From assembly GCA_030390025.1 (NCBI GenBank), contig CM059427.1, positions 186,310,001 through 186,374,000 of the forward strand: 64,000 nt of DNA, read 5' to 3'. Of this stretch, positions 63,626 to 64,000 are shown one piece after another. Each line of letters begins with the position of its first letter. Position 1 is the stretch's first letter. Both the position numbers and the translations under genes were made by a program. The notes under the pieces are model-generated. The model was not told the origin of the DNA, ran no database searches, and saw only the letters and a list, made by a program, of their open reading frames with translations. This stretch comes from Squalus acanthias. Lineage: Eukaryota.

Positions 63626-64000
63626 ACATAAAGCACACATGCGCACAAAGAAACACATGAGCACACACACACTTGTGAGATGCCTGACCTGCCTCAGTAC
63701 TGCTCTGGAGTGTTGGCCTGGATTCTGGGCTTCGTGTTGAAAAACTGCAAACCAGAGATCAACAAGACCCTGGATTGGACGAGCGGTGTCCTACACAACG
63801 AATTGTAGGTTTCTCCCTCAATACTCTATCGTTCCCTCACATTGCCCAAACAGAGCGCACGTTCCACAAGGGCAAACAAAGCTGAAAGACAGAAAGAAGA
63901 AATTTCATTGATATAGCACCTGTCACATCCTCAGCATCTCTGAGTGTTTCACAGTCAATGCTAACTGGCTGCCATGTTGTCCAGATAGAAACAGTGACAA

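Overview
Eukaryotic, repeat-dense genomic DNA. The CR1 LINEs, L2, DeuSINE/SacSINE1-like SINEs and Penelope ends point to a cartilaginous fish (shark). The window holds part of a tandem cluster of Siglec-like Ig receptor genes on the + strand. The first is a headless, multiply disabled pseudogene (16437-27011: Ig, Ig, Ig, TM, two cytoplasmic exons with ITIM LLYANV and ITSM-like TDYAEI). The second is an apparently codable gene starting at 39084 (leader; V-set with the Siglec cysteines and YFFRIE arginine; domain 2; then tandemly duplicated 282-nt Ig exon modules, one split by a transposon) that continues past the window end. Between them lies an apparently intact 4094-bp PIF/Harbinger transposon (TIRs, TTG TSD, transposase, 3-exon Myb/SANT gene), inserted into a palindromic Penelope-derived element. 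Two different Penelope-end families carry minimal hammerhead-ribozyme motifs with palindromic stem III, two of them as TSD-flanked hairpin insertions with a motif on each strand. A 30-bp segment of the DeuSINE has repeatedly expanded into minisatellites up to about 2.2 kb. All calls come from reading the sequence by eye; no database searches were run.
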